The position numbers and the translations under genes were made by a program. A DNA stretch of 64,000 nucleotides, taken from the NCBI GenBank assembly GCA_944379995.1, contig CALWGF010000005.1, positions 48,009 to 112,008 on the forward strand. Reading direction: 5' to 3'. Source of the DNA: an uncultured Clostridia bacterium (lineage in GTDB: Bacteria > Bacillota > Clostridia > Lachnospirales > Anaerotignaceae). The notes beneath the pieces are model-generated. The model was given only the letters and a program-made list of their open reading frames with translations. It did no database searches and was not told where the DNA came from. Of this stretch, positions 38,637 to 49,144 are shown piece after piece. Position 1 is the stretch's first letter. The number at the start of each line of letters is the position of its first letter.

Positions 38637-39941
38637 ATGAGTAAAGAAAACAAAAATAAAAAAAGCCTTGGTTTAACAACTCGTATATTTATTGCTCTTA
38701 TTTTAGGTTGTATTGCAGGCTTAGCAATACATTATGCATTACCAGAAGGTAATTATATTAGAGATACTTTTCTTATGAATGGTCTTTTTAATGTAATTGG
38801 ACAAGGATTTTTAAGACTTATGCAGATGCTTGTTGTTCCTTTGGTTCTTTGTTCTATTGTTTGTGGTGCAGCTGCTATTGGCGATACAAAAACACTTGGT
38901 AAAGTTGGTGTTAAAACAATAGGATTTTATATTGTAACAACTGCTTGTGCTATTACAGTTGCTCTTATTGTAGCTAAAATAATTAATCCGGGTATAGGAC
39001 TTAATCTTGAAAGTGTGCTTGTTCAAGAAACAAGTGGAACTACTACAAAAACAAGTCTTGCACAAACACTTCTTGATATTATACCTACAAATCCTTTTTC
39101 TGCATTTGCAAATGGTAATATGCTTCAAATAATTGTTTTTGCACTTTTAGTAGGTATTATACTTGCAAAACTTGGAGAACGTACTACAAAAATGCTTAAT
39201 CTTTTCCAACAAGGAAATGATATTATGATGGAAATGACAATGATGGTTATGAAAGTTGCACCTATTGGGGTTTTCTGTCTTATAGCAAAAACATTTATAC
39301 AGATTGGTCTTGATGGATTTAAACCTATGGCACTTTATATGATTTCTGTGCTTATTGCACTTTTTGTACAATGTGCCGGTGTATATTCAGGAATGCTTAA
39401 AATATTTACAGGACTTAATCCGTATAAATTTATTAAAAAATTCATTCCAGTAATGGGATTTGCTTTTTCAACAGCAACATCAAATGCTACAATTCCATTA
39501 TCAATAGATACACTTGCTAAAAAAATGGGTGTTTCAAGAAGAATTTCTTCTTTCACAATACCTCTTGGTGCTACTATAAATATGGACGGTACTGCTATTA
39601 TGCAAGGTGTTGCAGTTATATTTATTGCACAGATTTATAATATACCTCTTACATTTACACAGCTTGCAACAGTTGTTCTTACAGCTACACTTGCTTCAAT
39701 AGGTACAGCAGGTGTCCCTGGAGTTGGTCTTGTAACACTTACAATGGTATTAAATTCAGTAGGTCTTCCAATAGAGGGAATTGGTTATATTATGGGTATT
39801 GACCGTATACTTGATATGTCACGTACTGCTGTTAATATTACAGGTGATGCTATATGTACAACAATAGTTGCTTGTCAGGATAATGCTTGTGATAAAGATG
39901 TATTTAATGATAAAAAAAGCTTAGGTAAAAGTGCTATATAA
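38637..39941 (+). CDS. Dicarboxylate/amino acid:cation symporter (GltP-like)
   Basis: FSTATSNAT, PLGATINMDG, IDRILDMSRT. Confidence 0.92.
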   Translation: MSKENKNKKSLGLTTRIFIALILGCIAGLAIHYALPEGNYIRDTFLMNGLFNVIGQGFLRLMQMLVVPLVLCSIVCGAAAIGDTKTLGKVGVKTIGFYIVTTACAITVALIVAKIINPGIGLNLESVLVQETSGTTTKTSLAQTLLDIIPTNPFSAFANGNMLQIIVFALLVGIILAKLGERTTKMLNLFQQGNDIMMEMTMMVMKVAPIGVFCLIAKTFIQIGLDGFKPMALYMISVLIALFVQCAGVYSGMLKIFTGLNPYKFIKKFIPVMGFAFSTATSNATIPLSIDTLAKKMGVSRRISSFTIPLGATINMDGTAIMQGVAVIFIAQIYNIPLTFTQLATVVLTATLASIGTAGVPGVGLVTLTMVLNSVGLPIEGIGYIMGIDRILDMSRTAVNITGDAICTTIVACQDNACDKDVFNDKKSLGKSAI

Positions 39942-40065
39942 ATTTTTTATAGTTAATATAATAAATTTTTTATATTTTATATAAAATAATCTTTGTAAAA
40001 TTTATAAAGTAATAGTATAATTTTATACCGTAGTTGTTGGTTATTATAGAATTGGGAGAAAAAAC

Positions 40066-41550
40066 ATGACAAGAATAGGTTTTGATAATGACAAATATTT
40101 AAAAACACAGTCAGAATGTATTAAAAAAAGAATAGGTGAGTTTGGCGGTAAACTTTACCTTGAATTTGGTGGAAAATTATTTGATGATTACCATGCATCA
40201 AGAGTTCTTCCTGGATTTAAACCTGACAGTAAAATAAATATGCTTGTACAGCTTAAAGATGATGCAGAAATTATTATTGCAATAAATGCAGGCGACATTG
40301 AAAAAAATAAAGTAAGAGGCGACCTTGGTATAACATATGATATGGACGTTTTACGTCTTATAGATGCTTTTAGAGGATACGGACTTTATGTTGGTAGTGT
40401 TGTTCTTACACAGTTTAATGGACAGGAAAGTGCTATTGCTTATGAAAGAAAACTTGAAGCATTAGGTATTCGTGTTTATAAACATTATCCTATTGCAGGA
40501 TATCCAAGTAATGTTCCATTAATAGTAAGTGAAGAAGGATATGGAAAAAATGATTATATAGAAACAGAACGTTCACTTATTGTTGTTACAGCACCAGGAC
40601 CGGGAAGTGGAAAAATGGCTGTATGCCTTTCACAGCTTTATCAGGATAATAAAAGAGGTATTAAAGCAGGCTATGCTAAATTTGAAACATTCCCTATTTG
40701 GAACCTTCCTTTACAGCACCCTGTAAACCTTGCTTACGAGGCTGCAACAGCTGACCTTAATGACTTAAATATGATTGACCCATTCCATCTTGAGGCTTAT
40801 GGTAAAACAACTGTAAATTATAATAGAGATGTTGAGGTTTTCCCTGTACTTAATGCTATGTTTGAAATGATTTATGGCGAGTCACCATATAAGTCACCAA
40901 CAGATATGGGTGTAAATATGGCAGGAAACTGTATAATTGATGATGAGGCTACAAAAGAGGCTTCAAGAAATGAAATTATAAGAAGATATTACAAAGCTCT
41001 TTGTGAAAAAAGAAAAGGTAATGATGATACAGAGGCAACATATAGACTTGAACTTCTTATGAAACAAGCTGGAACAGGAGTTTCTGAAAGACCTGTTATT
41101 GCAGAAGCAAATCGTATTGCTGAAGAAACAGGAAATCCTGCTGCTGTTATTGAACTTCCAGATGGAACACTTGTTACTGGAAAAACAACAGACCTTTTAG
41201 GTGCATCATCTGCTATGCTTCTTAATGCACTTAAAAAACTTGCAGGTATTCCAGATGAAGTTAAACTTATATCACCAACTGTTATTGAACCTATACAAAA
41301 GTTAAAAGTAACTCATCTTGGCAATCACAATCCAAGACTTCATACAGATGAAGTGCTTATTGCTCTTTGTATGAGTGCTGCAACAGATGAAAATGCTGAA
41401 CTTGCTATGAAACAGCTTGAAAAACTTAAAACATGTGAAGTACATTCATCTGTTATACTTTCATCAGTTGATGAAACTGTATTTGGTAAACTTGGAGTAA
41501 ATCTTACTTGTGAACCAAAATATCAAACAAAGAAATTATTCCATGGTTAA
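40066..41550 (+). CDS. DUF1846/UPF0371-family protein
   Basis: [39 protein letters not shown]. Confidence 0.88.
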   Translation: MTRIGFDNDKYLKTQSECIKKRIGEFGGKLYLEFGGKLFDDYHASRVLPGFKPDSKINMLVQLKDDAEIIIAINAGDIEKNKVRGDLGITYDMDVLRLIDAFRGYGLYVGSVVLTQFNGQESAIAYERKLEALGIRVYKHYPIAGYPSNVPLIVSEEGYGKNDYIETERSLIVVTAPGPGSGKMAVCLSQLYQDNKRGIKAGYAKFETFPIWNLPLQHPVNLAYEAATADLNDLNMIDPFHLEAYGKTTVNYNRDVEVFPVLNAMFEMIYGESPYKSPTDMGVNMAGNCIIDDEATKEASRNEIIRRYYKALCEKRKGNDDTEATYRLELLMKQAGTGVSERPVIAEANRIAEETGNPAAVIELPDGTLVTGKTTDLLGASSAMLLNALKKLAGIPDEVKLISPTVIEPIQKLKVTHLGNHNPRLHTDEVLIALCMSAATDENAELAMKQLEKLKTCEVHSSVILSSVDETVFGKLGVNLTCEPKYQTKKLFHG

Positions 41551-41551
41551 T

Positions 41552-41591
41552 AAAAAAATCTCAAATATCTTTGATATTTGAGATTTTTTTT
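41552..41591 (+). terminator. Intrinsic terminator
   Basis: AAAAAATCTCAAATATC/GATATTTGAGATTTTTTT. Confidence 0.8.
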
Positions 41592-41625
41592 ATTGGTGGT
41601 ATAATTAATATAAGGAGTTGATAGT

Positions 41626-42105
41626 GTGGGAATAAGAAGTACATGTAAAGCTATAATAATTGATAATAATAAAATACTTTTAAATAAATGTTATGATGAA
41701 AATAATGGTCATTATTATTCTTTACCGGGTGGAGGTCAGAATAAATTTGAAACACTTGAAGAGGCTGTAATAAGAGAATGTCTTGAAGAAACAGGTTATA
41801 ATGTTATTCCTATAAGATTTGCAGCACTTTTTGAAGAAATATGTATAAATACTGAATTACCTAAGGAATATGATGAATATTTACATAAAATGTATCATAT
41901 ATTTATTTGTAAACTAAATAATATGGATAAAGTGGAAATTACTGAAAAAGATAGTATGCAGCTTTATTCTGAATGGATTGATATAAATTCTCTTAATAAT
42001 ATACGTATACTTCCAGAACCTTTGGAAAAAGAAATTTATAATATAATAAATGATAGTTCACCAAAATTTATTGGTTCATCAAAAATAATGTATGGACATG
42101 GTTAA
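41626..42105 (+). CDS. NUDIX hydrolase
   Basis: Nudix box GGGQNKFETLEEAVIRECLEETG. Confidence 0.9.
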   Translation: MGIRSTCKAIIIDNNKILLNKCYDENNGHYYSLPGGGQNKFETLEEAVIRECLEETGYNVIPIRFAALFEEICINTELPKEYDEYLHKMYHIFICKLNNMDKVEITEKDSMQLYSEWIDINSLNNIRILPEPLEKEIYNIINDSSPKFIGSSKIMYGHG

Positions 42106-42222
42106 ATTTTCATCATATAAATTTAAAGAAAATATTAAAAAAAATTAATGTTTTTTTTTATTACATGTGTTATACTCACTATGTAATAAATAATATTTTG
42201 TTTTTATTGTTAAGGAGGAGTT

Positions 42223-42732
42223 ATGGAAAGAGCAATAGGTTCAAAAATTAACCTTAAAAGTCTTGAACATGAGTTAGCAATAGAATTTATGGATTGTATT
42301 TCAGATATATATTATAATGAAAAAATACAGAAACTTGATGACTATGAACAACATTGTCATACAAGTAGATTACAGCATAGTATTAATGTAGCATATTATA
42401 GCTTTATAGTATGTAAATTCTTTGGTTGGGATTATCGCTCAGCAGCCAGAGCGGGTATAATGCATGATATGTTTTATTATGATTGGAGAGTTAAAAATCC
42501 AACAAGAAAATGTAATCATGCCGCTTGGCACCCAAGAGTTGCATATGATAATGCAAGAAAAATTACTGAAGTTAATGAAATAGAAAAAGATGCTATATTA
42601 AAACATATGTGGCCTTGCACTCTTGTTCCACCAAAATATAAAGAGTCATATGTAGTTACATTTGCTGATAAACTTTGTGCAATATTTGAAGCAGTCGGTA
42701 ATAAATTAGAAGATATTTTTAATAAGGCTTAA
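42223..42732 (+). CDS. HD-domain phosphohydrolase
   Basis: SRLQHS, GIMHD, KHMWP and ADK motifs. Confidence 0.85.
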   Translation: MERAIGSKINLKSLEHELAIEFMDCISDIYYNEKIQKLDDYEQHCHTSRLQHSINVAYYSFIVCKFFGWDYRSAARAGIMHDMFYYDWRVKNPTRKCNHAAWHPRVAYDNARKITEVNEIEKDAILKHMWPCTLVPPKYKESYVVTFADKLCAIFEAVGNKLEDIFNKA

Positions 42733-42815
42733 TTTTTGGTAAAGCGTGTTAATCGTTTGTGATAGCACGTTTTATTTTTTTGTGTTAAAATATAATTAAA
42801 AAGGAGGCGTATATT

Positions 42816-43703
42816 ATGGAAATTAATAAAATTAAAAATATTATAATAGGTATATTATTATTAGTAATTGTATATGACACTTTCCTTATACATAATATTA
42901 ATTCTGATGTTGACCAAATGAATACAAAACTTAATAATATTAAAAGTGAGATTGAAATGTCACAAAATAATATTGAAACAAGTATAAGCGCCTTCAAAAA
43001 TGATGTTAATGAACAACTTAAATTTTCTCAAAGTCTTATTTCTGGTGTAAGTACAAATATAAAATATTTAGATAAAAAGGTTATTTTCGAAATTTCATTT
43101 GTAGCTAAAGAAGTAGCAAGTGATGAAATTGTATATGTATCTGCAAATGTAGATGGAAAAATATATAAGGAACAAGTACAGCCTAATGGAAATTCAGAAT
43201 ATATATGTTCTATGGAAATTCCTATGGTTTCGGAAATAGTACCTGTTATTACTTTTGAAAGTCTTACAGGAAAGCGTAGTGAAACACTTGAAACTGTTTA
43301 TATTCAAGATTATTTTATTTTGAATTATGATATGTATTTTACTGATGAAAATACTTTAGATATTTATGTTTATAATGATAATAATAAAGAACTTATTAAA
43401 GATATAAAAAGTTCTGATAATTCATATTTGACAATATCAAAAGAAGGAGAAAGTCCTCAAAAAGTAAAAATTAATTTTACAGATACAAAAGAAGGTTATC
43501 AACTTGTATCTTCTTTAGATTTAAGTAATTATATTAAAAATGAAGGAACTTATTCTGTTTATTTTGAGATAAATACAAATAGTGGTATAAAATATGCTGA
43601 TATAGGTAAATCAGCTAATATAGAGGTTGGTATGAATGATGATATACCACAGATTTTTACAGCATCAAGTGAATATGGAAGTATTTTACCGATTTTTAAT
43701 TAG
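42816..43703 (+). CDS. Hypothetical membrane-anchored extracellular protein
   Basis: N-terminal TM, coiled coil, acidic beta-rich remainder; AAGGAGG RBS. Confidence 0.65.
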   Translation: MEINKIKNIIIGILLLVIVYDTFLIHNINSDVDQMNTKLNNIKSEIEMSQNNIETSISAFKNDVNEQLKFSQSLISGVSTNIKYLDKKVIFEISFVAKEVASDEIVYVSANVDGKIYKEQVQPNGNSEYICSMEIPMVSEIVPVITFESLTGKRSETLETVYIQDYFILNYDMYFTDENTLDIYVYNDNNKELIKDIKSSDNSYLTISKEGESPQKVKINFTDTKEGYQLVSSLDLSNYIKNEGTYSVYFEINTNSGIKYADIGKSANIEVGMNDDIPQIFTASSEYGSILPIFN

Positions 43704-43709
43704 TTTTTA

Positions 43710-43738
43710 TTGACATAAATTTAATTTTTAAATATAAT
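43710..43738 (+). promoter_or_regulatory. Sigma-A promoter
   Basis: Consensus TTGACA-17-TATAAT directly before the riboswitch. Confidence 0.85.
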
Positions 43739-43745
43739 AATAAAC

Positions 43746-43812
43746 GGGAATGAGGTTCTCCCACGATATATTGTATATCGAAACTGCCGGAATAAATGGC
43801 TGATGACTTCTG
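43746..43812 (+). ncRNA. Fluoride (crcB) riboswitch
   Basis: GGGAATGAGGTTCTCCC...AAACTGCC...GGCTGATGACTTCTG matches the crcB motif. Confidence 0.9.
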
Positions 43813-43840
43813 TGAATTTCACAGGGTTATCAGCTTTTTT
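43799..43840 (+). terminator. Riboswitch-controlled terminator
   Basis: GCTGATGACTTCTGTGA/TCACAGGGTTATCAGC plus T6, overlapping the aptamer 3' end. Confidence 0.85.
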
Positions 43841-43875
43841 ATTGTCAAAAATTGTAAAAAGGAGGAGTTTTAAAA

Positions 43876-45048
43876 TTGTTATTTAGCTTTGCACTTATGT
43901 TTATATTTGGAATTATATTGGGTGGGATTTTTTCAAGGTTTAAACTTCCACCTATACTTGGAATGTTAATATCAGGAATTATACTTGGACCTTATGCATT
44001 AAATTTAATATCTCCTAAAATACTTAATATTTCTTCTGAATTAAGAGGAATTGCACTTATAATAATACTTACTCGTGCTGGACTTGCTCTTGATATTGAT
44101 GACCTTAAAAAAGTTGGTCGTCCTGCAATACTTATGTGTTTTGTACCTGCTGTTTTTGAAATTTTAGGATTTATTATTATTGCACCACGTATATTAAATA
44201 TAAGTATACTTGATGCAGCTATTATGGGAAGTGTTGTTGCAGCAGTATCTCCAGCCGTAATTGTTCCAAGAATGTTAAGACTTATGGAGGAGGAAATAGG
44301 CACAAAAAAGGGTATACCACAGCTTATAATGGCTGGTGCTTCTGTTGATGATGTTTTTGTAATTGTACTTTTTTATTCTTTTACATCAATGGCACAAGGT
44401 GGCAATTTTTCTTTTTCTGCACTTTTAAAAGTACCATTTTCAATTATTATAGGAATAATAATAGGAATTATTATAGGTTATTTTTTAGAAAAACTTTTTA
44501 CAACTATTCATATGCGTGATACTGTAAAAGTACTTATAATATTGAGTGTATCATTTATATTAAATGATAGTCAGGATTTTATATCAAATTATATACCTTT
44601 TTCAGGACTATTAGCAATTATGTCACTTAATGGCATGTTATATTTTAAAAATAAGGAACTTGCTAAAAGGATTTCAAATAAATTTAATAGACTTTGGGTA
44701 GCTGGAGAAATAATGCTTTTTATACTTGTGGGTGCTACTGTTGATGTAAGATATGCACTTATGTCAGGTGATATTTTTGTTGTAATAATACTTTTAGCTC
44801 TTGTATTTAGAATTGTTGGAGTATATATAAGTATTTTAGGAACACCTTTTAATAAAAAAGAAAAAATATTTTGTATGATTGCATATATGCCAAAAGCTAC
44901 TGTACAAGCTGCAATAGGTTCTGTTCCTCTTGCTATGGGACTTTCTTGTGGAAATATTGTTCTTACTGCTGCTGTAACTGCAATAATAATAACTGCACCT
45001 TTAGGGGCTGTATTGATAGATAAAAATTATAAAAAATTACTATTGTGA
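43876..45048 (+). CDS. Cation:proton antiporter (CPA family, NHA-like)
   Basis: Multi-TM; AVSPAVIVP, GASVDD and PKATVQAA motifs. Confidence 0.88.
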   Translation: MLFSFALMFIFGIILGGIFSRFKLPPILGMLISGIILGPYALNLISPKILNISSELRGIALIIILTRAGLALDIDDLKKVGRPAILMCFVPAVFEILGFIIIAPRILNISILDAAIMGSVVAAVSPAVIVPRMLRLMEEEIGTKKGIPQLIMAGASVDDVFVIVLFYSFTSMAQGGNFSFSALLKVPFSIIIGIIIGIIIGYFLEKLFTTIHMRDTVKVLIILSVSFILNDSQDFISNYIPFSGLLAIMSLNGMLYFKNKELAKRISNKFNRLWVAGEIMLFILVGATVDVRYALMSGDIFVVIILLALVFRIVGVYISILGTPFNKKEKIFCMIAYMPKATVQAAIGSVPLAMGLSCGNIVLTAAVTAIIITAPLGAVLIDKNYKKLLL

Positions 45049-45063
45049 AAATTGTTTAATTTT

Positions 45064-45097
45064 AACCACTCTTTGTATAAAAACATAGAGTGGTTTT
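45064..45097 (+). terminator. Intrinsic terminator
   Basis: AACCACTCT/AGAGTGGTTTT. Confidence 0.7.
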
Positions 45098-45247
45098 ATT
45101 ATTTCACAAAAAATGACAATATGTATTGTATATAATGCATAATAATTATAAAATTTAATGGCAAAAGAAGGAGAATTATAACAAATGTAGAATATATATA
45201 TTATAAACACAAAAAAGACTTAACTTACATAAGGGAGGTACATATAT

Positions 45248-47329
45248 ATGAGAAGTTATACAGCTAATGAAGTTAGAAATGTTGTTTTATTGGGGCACAG
45301 TGGTTGTGGAAAGACAACCATAGGTGAAGCCGCACTTTTTCATTCAGGTGCTACAAGCCGTCAAGGTAAAATAGAAGACGGAAATACAGTAAGCGATTAT
45401 GACCCTGAAGAAATTCGTCGTAAGGTTTCTGTAAGTACATCTGTGCTTCCAATAGAATGGAAAGATACAAAAATTAATTTCCTTGATACTCCGGGTTATT
45501 TTGATTTTGTAAGCGAAGTTAAACTTGCTATGAGCGTAGCTGATACCGCCCTTACCGTAGTATCTGCAAAATCAGGTCTTGAAGTTGGAACAGAAAAAGC
45601 TTGGGAATATACAGAAGAAATGAAAATCCCAAGAATGTTTTTTATAAATCAAATGGACGATGAAAGTGCAGATTTCCGTAAAACTCTTGAAGAACTTCGT
45701 GACAAATTCGGAAAAACAGTTGCTCCTTTACAGGTTCCTTTTAGAGATGAAAATGGAATATTAGGTTTTATAAATGTAATTAAAAGAGATGCAAGAATGC
45801 TTGATGTAGCAACAGGAAAACTTATAAAATGTGATATTCCTGCTGATAAAGTTGATGAAGTTGAAGAACTTCGTTCTATGGTTGTTGAAGTTGCAGCAGA
45901 AAGTGATGATGAACTTCTTGAAAAATATTTTAATGATGAAGAGCTTACATTAGAAGAAATATATGACGGACTTAAAAAAGGTATAAGACAGTTCTCAATA
46001 GCTCCTGCAATATTTGGTTCAGCAACAAAAGGCTATGGAATTAAACTTCTTATGAGTACATTAGTTAAGTTTGTACCACCATCAGAAGAATGTCGTCCTT
46101 CATTTGAATGTATCGACCTTCGTAATGGTGAAAATACAGGTATGGTTCGTTATAACTCAGAAAAAGAACATCTTGCTTGTTTTGTGTTTAAAACAATATC
46201 TGACCCTTATGTAGGAAGACTTAATTTATTTAGAGTAGTTTCAGGTACTATTAATAATACAAAAACTGTTTATAACCCTGAAACAGATACATATGAAAAA
46301 GTTGCACACCTTTATGTTATGAGAGGAAAAGAACAAATTGAAGTTGATGAACTTAATGCTGGAGATATTGGTGCTTTAGCTAAACTTACAAATACTTCAA
46401 CACAACATACACTTTGTTCAAAATATTTCCCTGTTCTTCTTCCAAAAATCGACCTTCCAAAACCTGTTCTTTCAATGGCTATTGCTCCTAAGGGAAAAGG
46501 TGATGAAGATAAGATTTCAAATGCTCTTACAAAGATAAAAGAAGAAGACCCAACTTTAAAAGTAGAAGTAAACAAAGAAACAAAACAAACTATTATTACA
46601 GGTGTTGGAGAAAATCAGCTTGATGTTGTTGTAAATAAACTTAAAACAAAATATAAAATTGATGTTGAACTTTCTGACCCTATTATTCCTTATCGTGAAA
46701 CTATTAAATCAAAAGTTAAAGTTCAAGGTAAATATAAGAAACAATCTGGTGGACATGGTCAGTTTGGTGATGTTTGGATTGAATTTGAACCTTCATTTGA
46801 TATGACAAAAGATTATATATTTGAAGAAAAAATATTTGGTGGTGCTGTTCCAAAACAGTATTTCCCAGCTGTTGAAAAAGGTCTTCAGGAATGTGTTCAA
46901 AGTGGTGTTCTTGCAGGATACCCTGTTGTTGGACTTAAAGCTACTTTAGTAGATGGAAGTTATCACCCTGTTGACTCATCAGAAATGGCATTTAAAATGG
47001 CTACATCTGTCGCTTTCAAAGAAGGGCTTCCACAGGCTAAACCTGTAATACTTGAGCCTATTGCTCATGTTGAAGTAACAATACCAGACAAATATATGGG
47101 TGATATTATGGGCGACATTAATAAGAGAAGAGGTCGTATACTTAGTATGAACCCTGAAAATGAAAAGAAAGTTATTGTTGCTGAAGTGCCTATTGCTGAA
47201 ATGCAAAAATATGCTACTGACCTTCGTTCTATGACACAGGGTAGAGGTTCATATGAATATTATTTTGAACGTTATGAAGAAGCTCCTATGGACGTTCAGA
47301 AAAAAATAATAGAAAGTAGAAAAAAATAA
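45248..47329 (+). CDS. Elongation factor G paralogue (EF-G2/FusA2-like)
   Basis: GHSGCGKTT, DTPG, KQSGGHGQFG, YHPVDSSEMAF; switch I is RKVSV rather than RGITI; not in a str operon. Confidence 0.88.
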   Translation: MRSYTANEVRNVVLLGHSGCGKTTIGEAALFHSGATSRQGKIEDGNTVSDYDPEEIRRKVSVSTSVLPIEWKDTKINFLDTPGYFDFVSEVKLAMSVADTALTVVSAKSGLEVGTEKAWEYTEEMKIPRMFFINQMDDESADFRKTLEELRDKFGKTVAPLQVPFRDENGILGFINVIKRDARMLDVATGKLIKCDIPADKVDEVEELRSMVVEVAAESDDELLEKYFNDEELTLEEIYDGLKKGIRQFSIAPAIFGSATKGYGIKLLMSTLVKFVPPSEECRPSFECIDLRNGENTGMVRYNSEKEHLACFVFKTISDPYVGRLNLFRVVSGTINNTKTVYNPETDTYEKVAHLYVMRGKEQIEVDELNAGDIGALAKLTNTSTQHTLCSKYFPVLLPKIDLPKPVLSMAIAPKGKGDEDKISNALTKIKEEDPTLKVEVNKETKQTIITGVGENQLDVVVNKLKTKYKIDVELSDPIIPYRETIKSKVKVQGKYKKQSGGHGQFGDVWIEFEPSFDMTKDYIFEEKIFGGAVPKQYFPAVEKGLQECVQSGVLAGYPVVGLKATLVDGSYHPVDSSEMAFKMATSVAFKEGLPQAKPVILEPIAHVEVTIPDKYMGDIMGDINKRRGRILSMNPENEKKVIVAEVPIAEMQKYATDLRSMTQGRGSYEYYFERYEEAPMDVQKKIIESRKK

Positions 47330-47355
47330 ATAATATATCATAAAAAAATAAAATA

Positions 47356-47385
47356 ATAAAAGCGTACCTTTTGGTACGCTTTTAT
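47356..47385 (+). terminator. Intrinsic terminator
   Basis: ATAAAAGCGTACC/GGTACGCTTTTAT. Confidence 0.8.
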
Positions 47386-47429
47386 GTTATTATAAATTTG
47401 TAAATTATTTATGATAGGAGATGATTTTA

Positions 47430-48287
47430 ATGATAGATGTAGCAATAATTGGTGCAGGACCAGCCGGACTTTCTGCTGCTGTTTCTGCTCGTCAGAGAAA
47501 TAAAAGTGTAATGGTATTTGGTAGAAGTATAGATGCAAGTCTTATATTGGCTAAGGAAATAGATAACTATATTGGTATGCCTAATATGACAGGTGAAGAC
47601 ATGCTTAATTCTTTTTTTAAACATGCAATAGATAAAGGTGCAGAGTTTAAAGAATGTAAAATATCACAGATACTTTCAATGGGTGATTATTTTACTATAA
47701 ATGCTGAAAATGAATTTTTTGAAGCTAAAACAATAATACTTGCTCTTGGATTAAGTAGAAGTAAAAATATTGAAGGTGAAGAAAAACTTGTTGGAAAAGG
47801 TGTAAGTTATTGTGCTACTTGTGACGGTATGCTTTATAGAAATAAAAATATTGTTGTTGTTGGTGAAACAACAGAAGGTGAAGCAGAAGCTAATTATCTT
47901 CATTCAATAGGTTGTAATGTTAAATATGTCCCTTTATATAAAGATTTAATAAATATTGATAGTAATATACAGTTACTTTCAGGAAAAGCGGAAAAAGTTG
48001 TTGGAGAAAATTTTGTTGAGGGTATAGTTGTTAATGGAAAAGAAATAAATTGTGATGCTGTATTTTTTGCAAAAAAAACAATGCCTGTAACAAGTCTTAT
48101 TTTTGGTCTTGAAACTGAAAACAATACAATAAAAGTTGATAGAAATATGTGTACAAATGTAAAAGGTGTTTATGCTTGTGGTGACTGTGTAGGTTCTCCA
48201 TATCAAGTATCAAAGGCTGTTGGTGAAGGTCTTGTTGCAGCATTAAGTGCAGCAAAATATATTGAAGAAAACAAAAATAAAGATTAA
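47430..48287 (+). CDS. Thioredoxin-reductase-like NAD(P)/FAD oxidoreductase
   Basis: GAGPAG, GVSYCATCDG, GVYACGD. Confidence 0.85.
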   Translation: MIDVAIIGAGPAGLSAAVSARQRNKSVMVFGRSIDASLILAKEIDNYIGMPNMTGEDMLNSFFKHAIDKGAEFKECKISQILSMGDYFTINAENEFFEAKTIILALGLSRSKNIEGEEKLVGKGVSYCATCDGMLYRNKNIVVVGETTEGEAEANYLHSIGCNVKYVPLYKDLINIDSNIQLLSGKAEKVVGENFVEGIVVNGKEINCDAVFFAKKTMPVTSLIFGLETENNTIKVDRNMCTNVKGVYACGDCVGSPYQVSKAVGEGLVAALSAAKYIEENKNKD

Positions 48288-48429
48288 CTTAAATTTTACA
48301 AAAGGCAAAAACCTTGATAAATACTTGATAAATAAAAGGTTTTTGTCTTTTTTGCTATCTTTACTTAATTGACCAAAAAGTAAGTAATTGTTATTATAAT
48401 GTTAAATATAATAAAAAAGGGGAATAATA

Positions 48430-49140
48430 ATGTCAAAAAAAACAATATTAACAATAGATGATGAAATACATATTCTTGAACTTATAAGATATAATCTTGA
48501 AAATGCAGGTTATAATGTTTTACAAGCTGAAAGCGGTGAAGAAGGTCTTGATATATTGGAAAACAAAGAAGTAGATGCAGTTCTTCTTGACCTTATGCTT
48601 CCGGGAATTGATGGTCTTGAAGTATTGAGAAGAATAAGAACAAACCCTACAAAAAGAAAAACACCTGTAATTATGCTTACTGCAAAAGGTGAAGAATTTG
48701 ATAAGGTTTTAGGTCTTGAAATGGGTGCTGATGATTATATTTCAAAACCTTTTAGTGTTCGTGAAATGCAGGCAAGACTTAAAGCTGTATTAAGAAGAAT
48801 TGAAGAACGTGGAAACGATGATAATAAAAATGAAGTTAAAAAAATATCAACACACGGTCTTGAAATAGGTCTTGAAACACGTACAGTAACAATAAATGGT
48901 AAAGAAGTTGAAATGTCACATAAAGAATTTGAACTTCTTAAACTTCTTGCAGAAAATCCGGGAAGAGTATATTCAAGAGATATTCTACTTGAAAAAATTT
49001 GGGGTTATGAATATATTGGTGAAACACGTACAGTAGATGTACATATAAGACATATAAGAAAGAAAATAGAAGAAGATGACAGCAATCCTATATTTATAAA
49101 AACTGTAAGAGGATATGGATATAAGTTTAGAGAGGATTGA
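48430..49140 (+). CDS. OmpR/PhoP-family response regulator
   Basis: DD, LLDLMLP, GADDYISKPF, RTVDVHI, TVRGYGY. Confidence 0.93.
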   Translation: MSKKTILTIDDEIHILELIRYNLENAGYNVLQAESGEEGLDILENKEVDAVLLDLMLPGIDGLEVLRRIRTNPTKRKTPVIMLTAKGEEFDKVLGLEMGADDYISKPFSVREMQARLKAVLRRIEERGNDDNKNEVKKISTHGLEIGLETRTVTINGKEVEMSHKEFELLKLLAENPGRVYSRDILLEKIWGYEYIGETRTVDVHIRHIRKKIEEDDSNPIFIKTVRGYGYKFRED

Positions 49141-49144
49141 TAAA

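Noticed and set aside
45248-47329. Canonical fusA
   Set aside because: The G1 and switch I motifs diverge and there are no rpsL/rpsG/tuf neighbours; called an EF-G paralogue.
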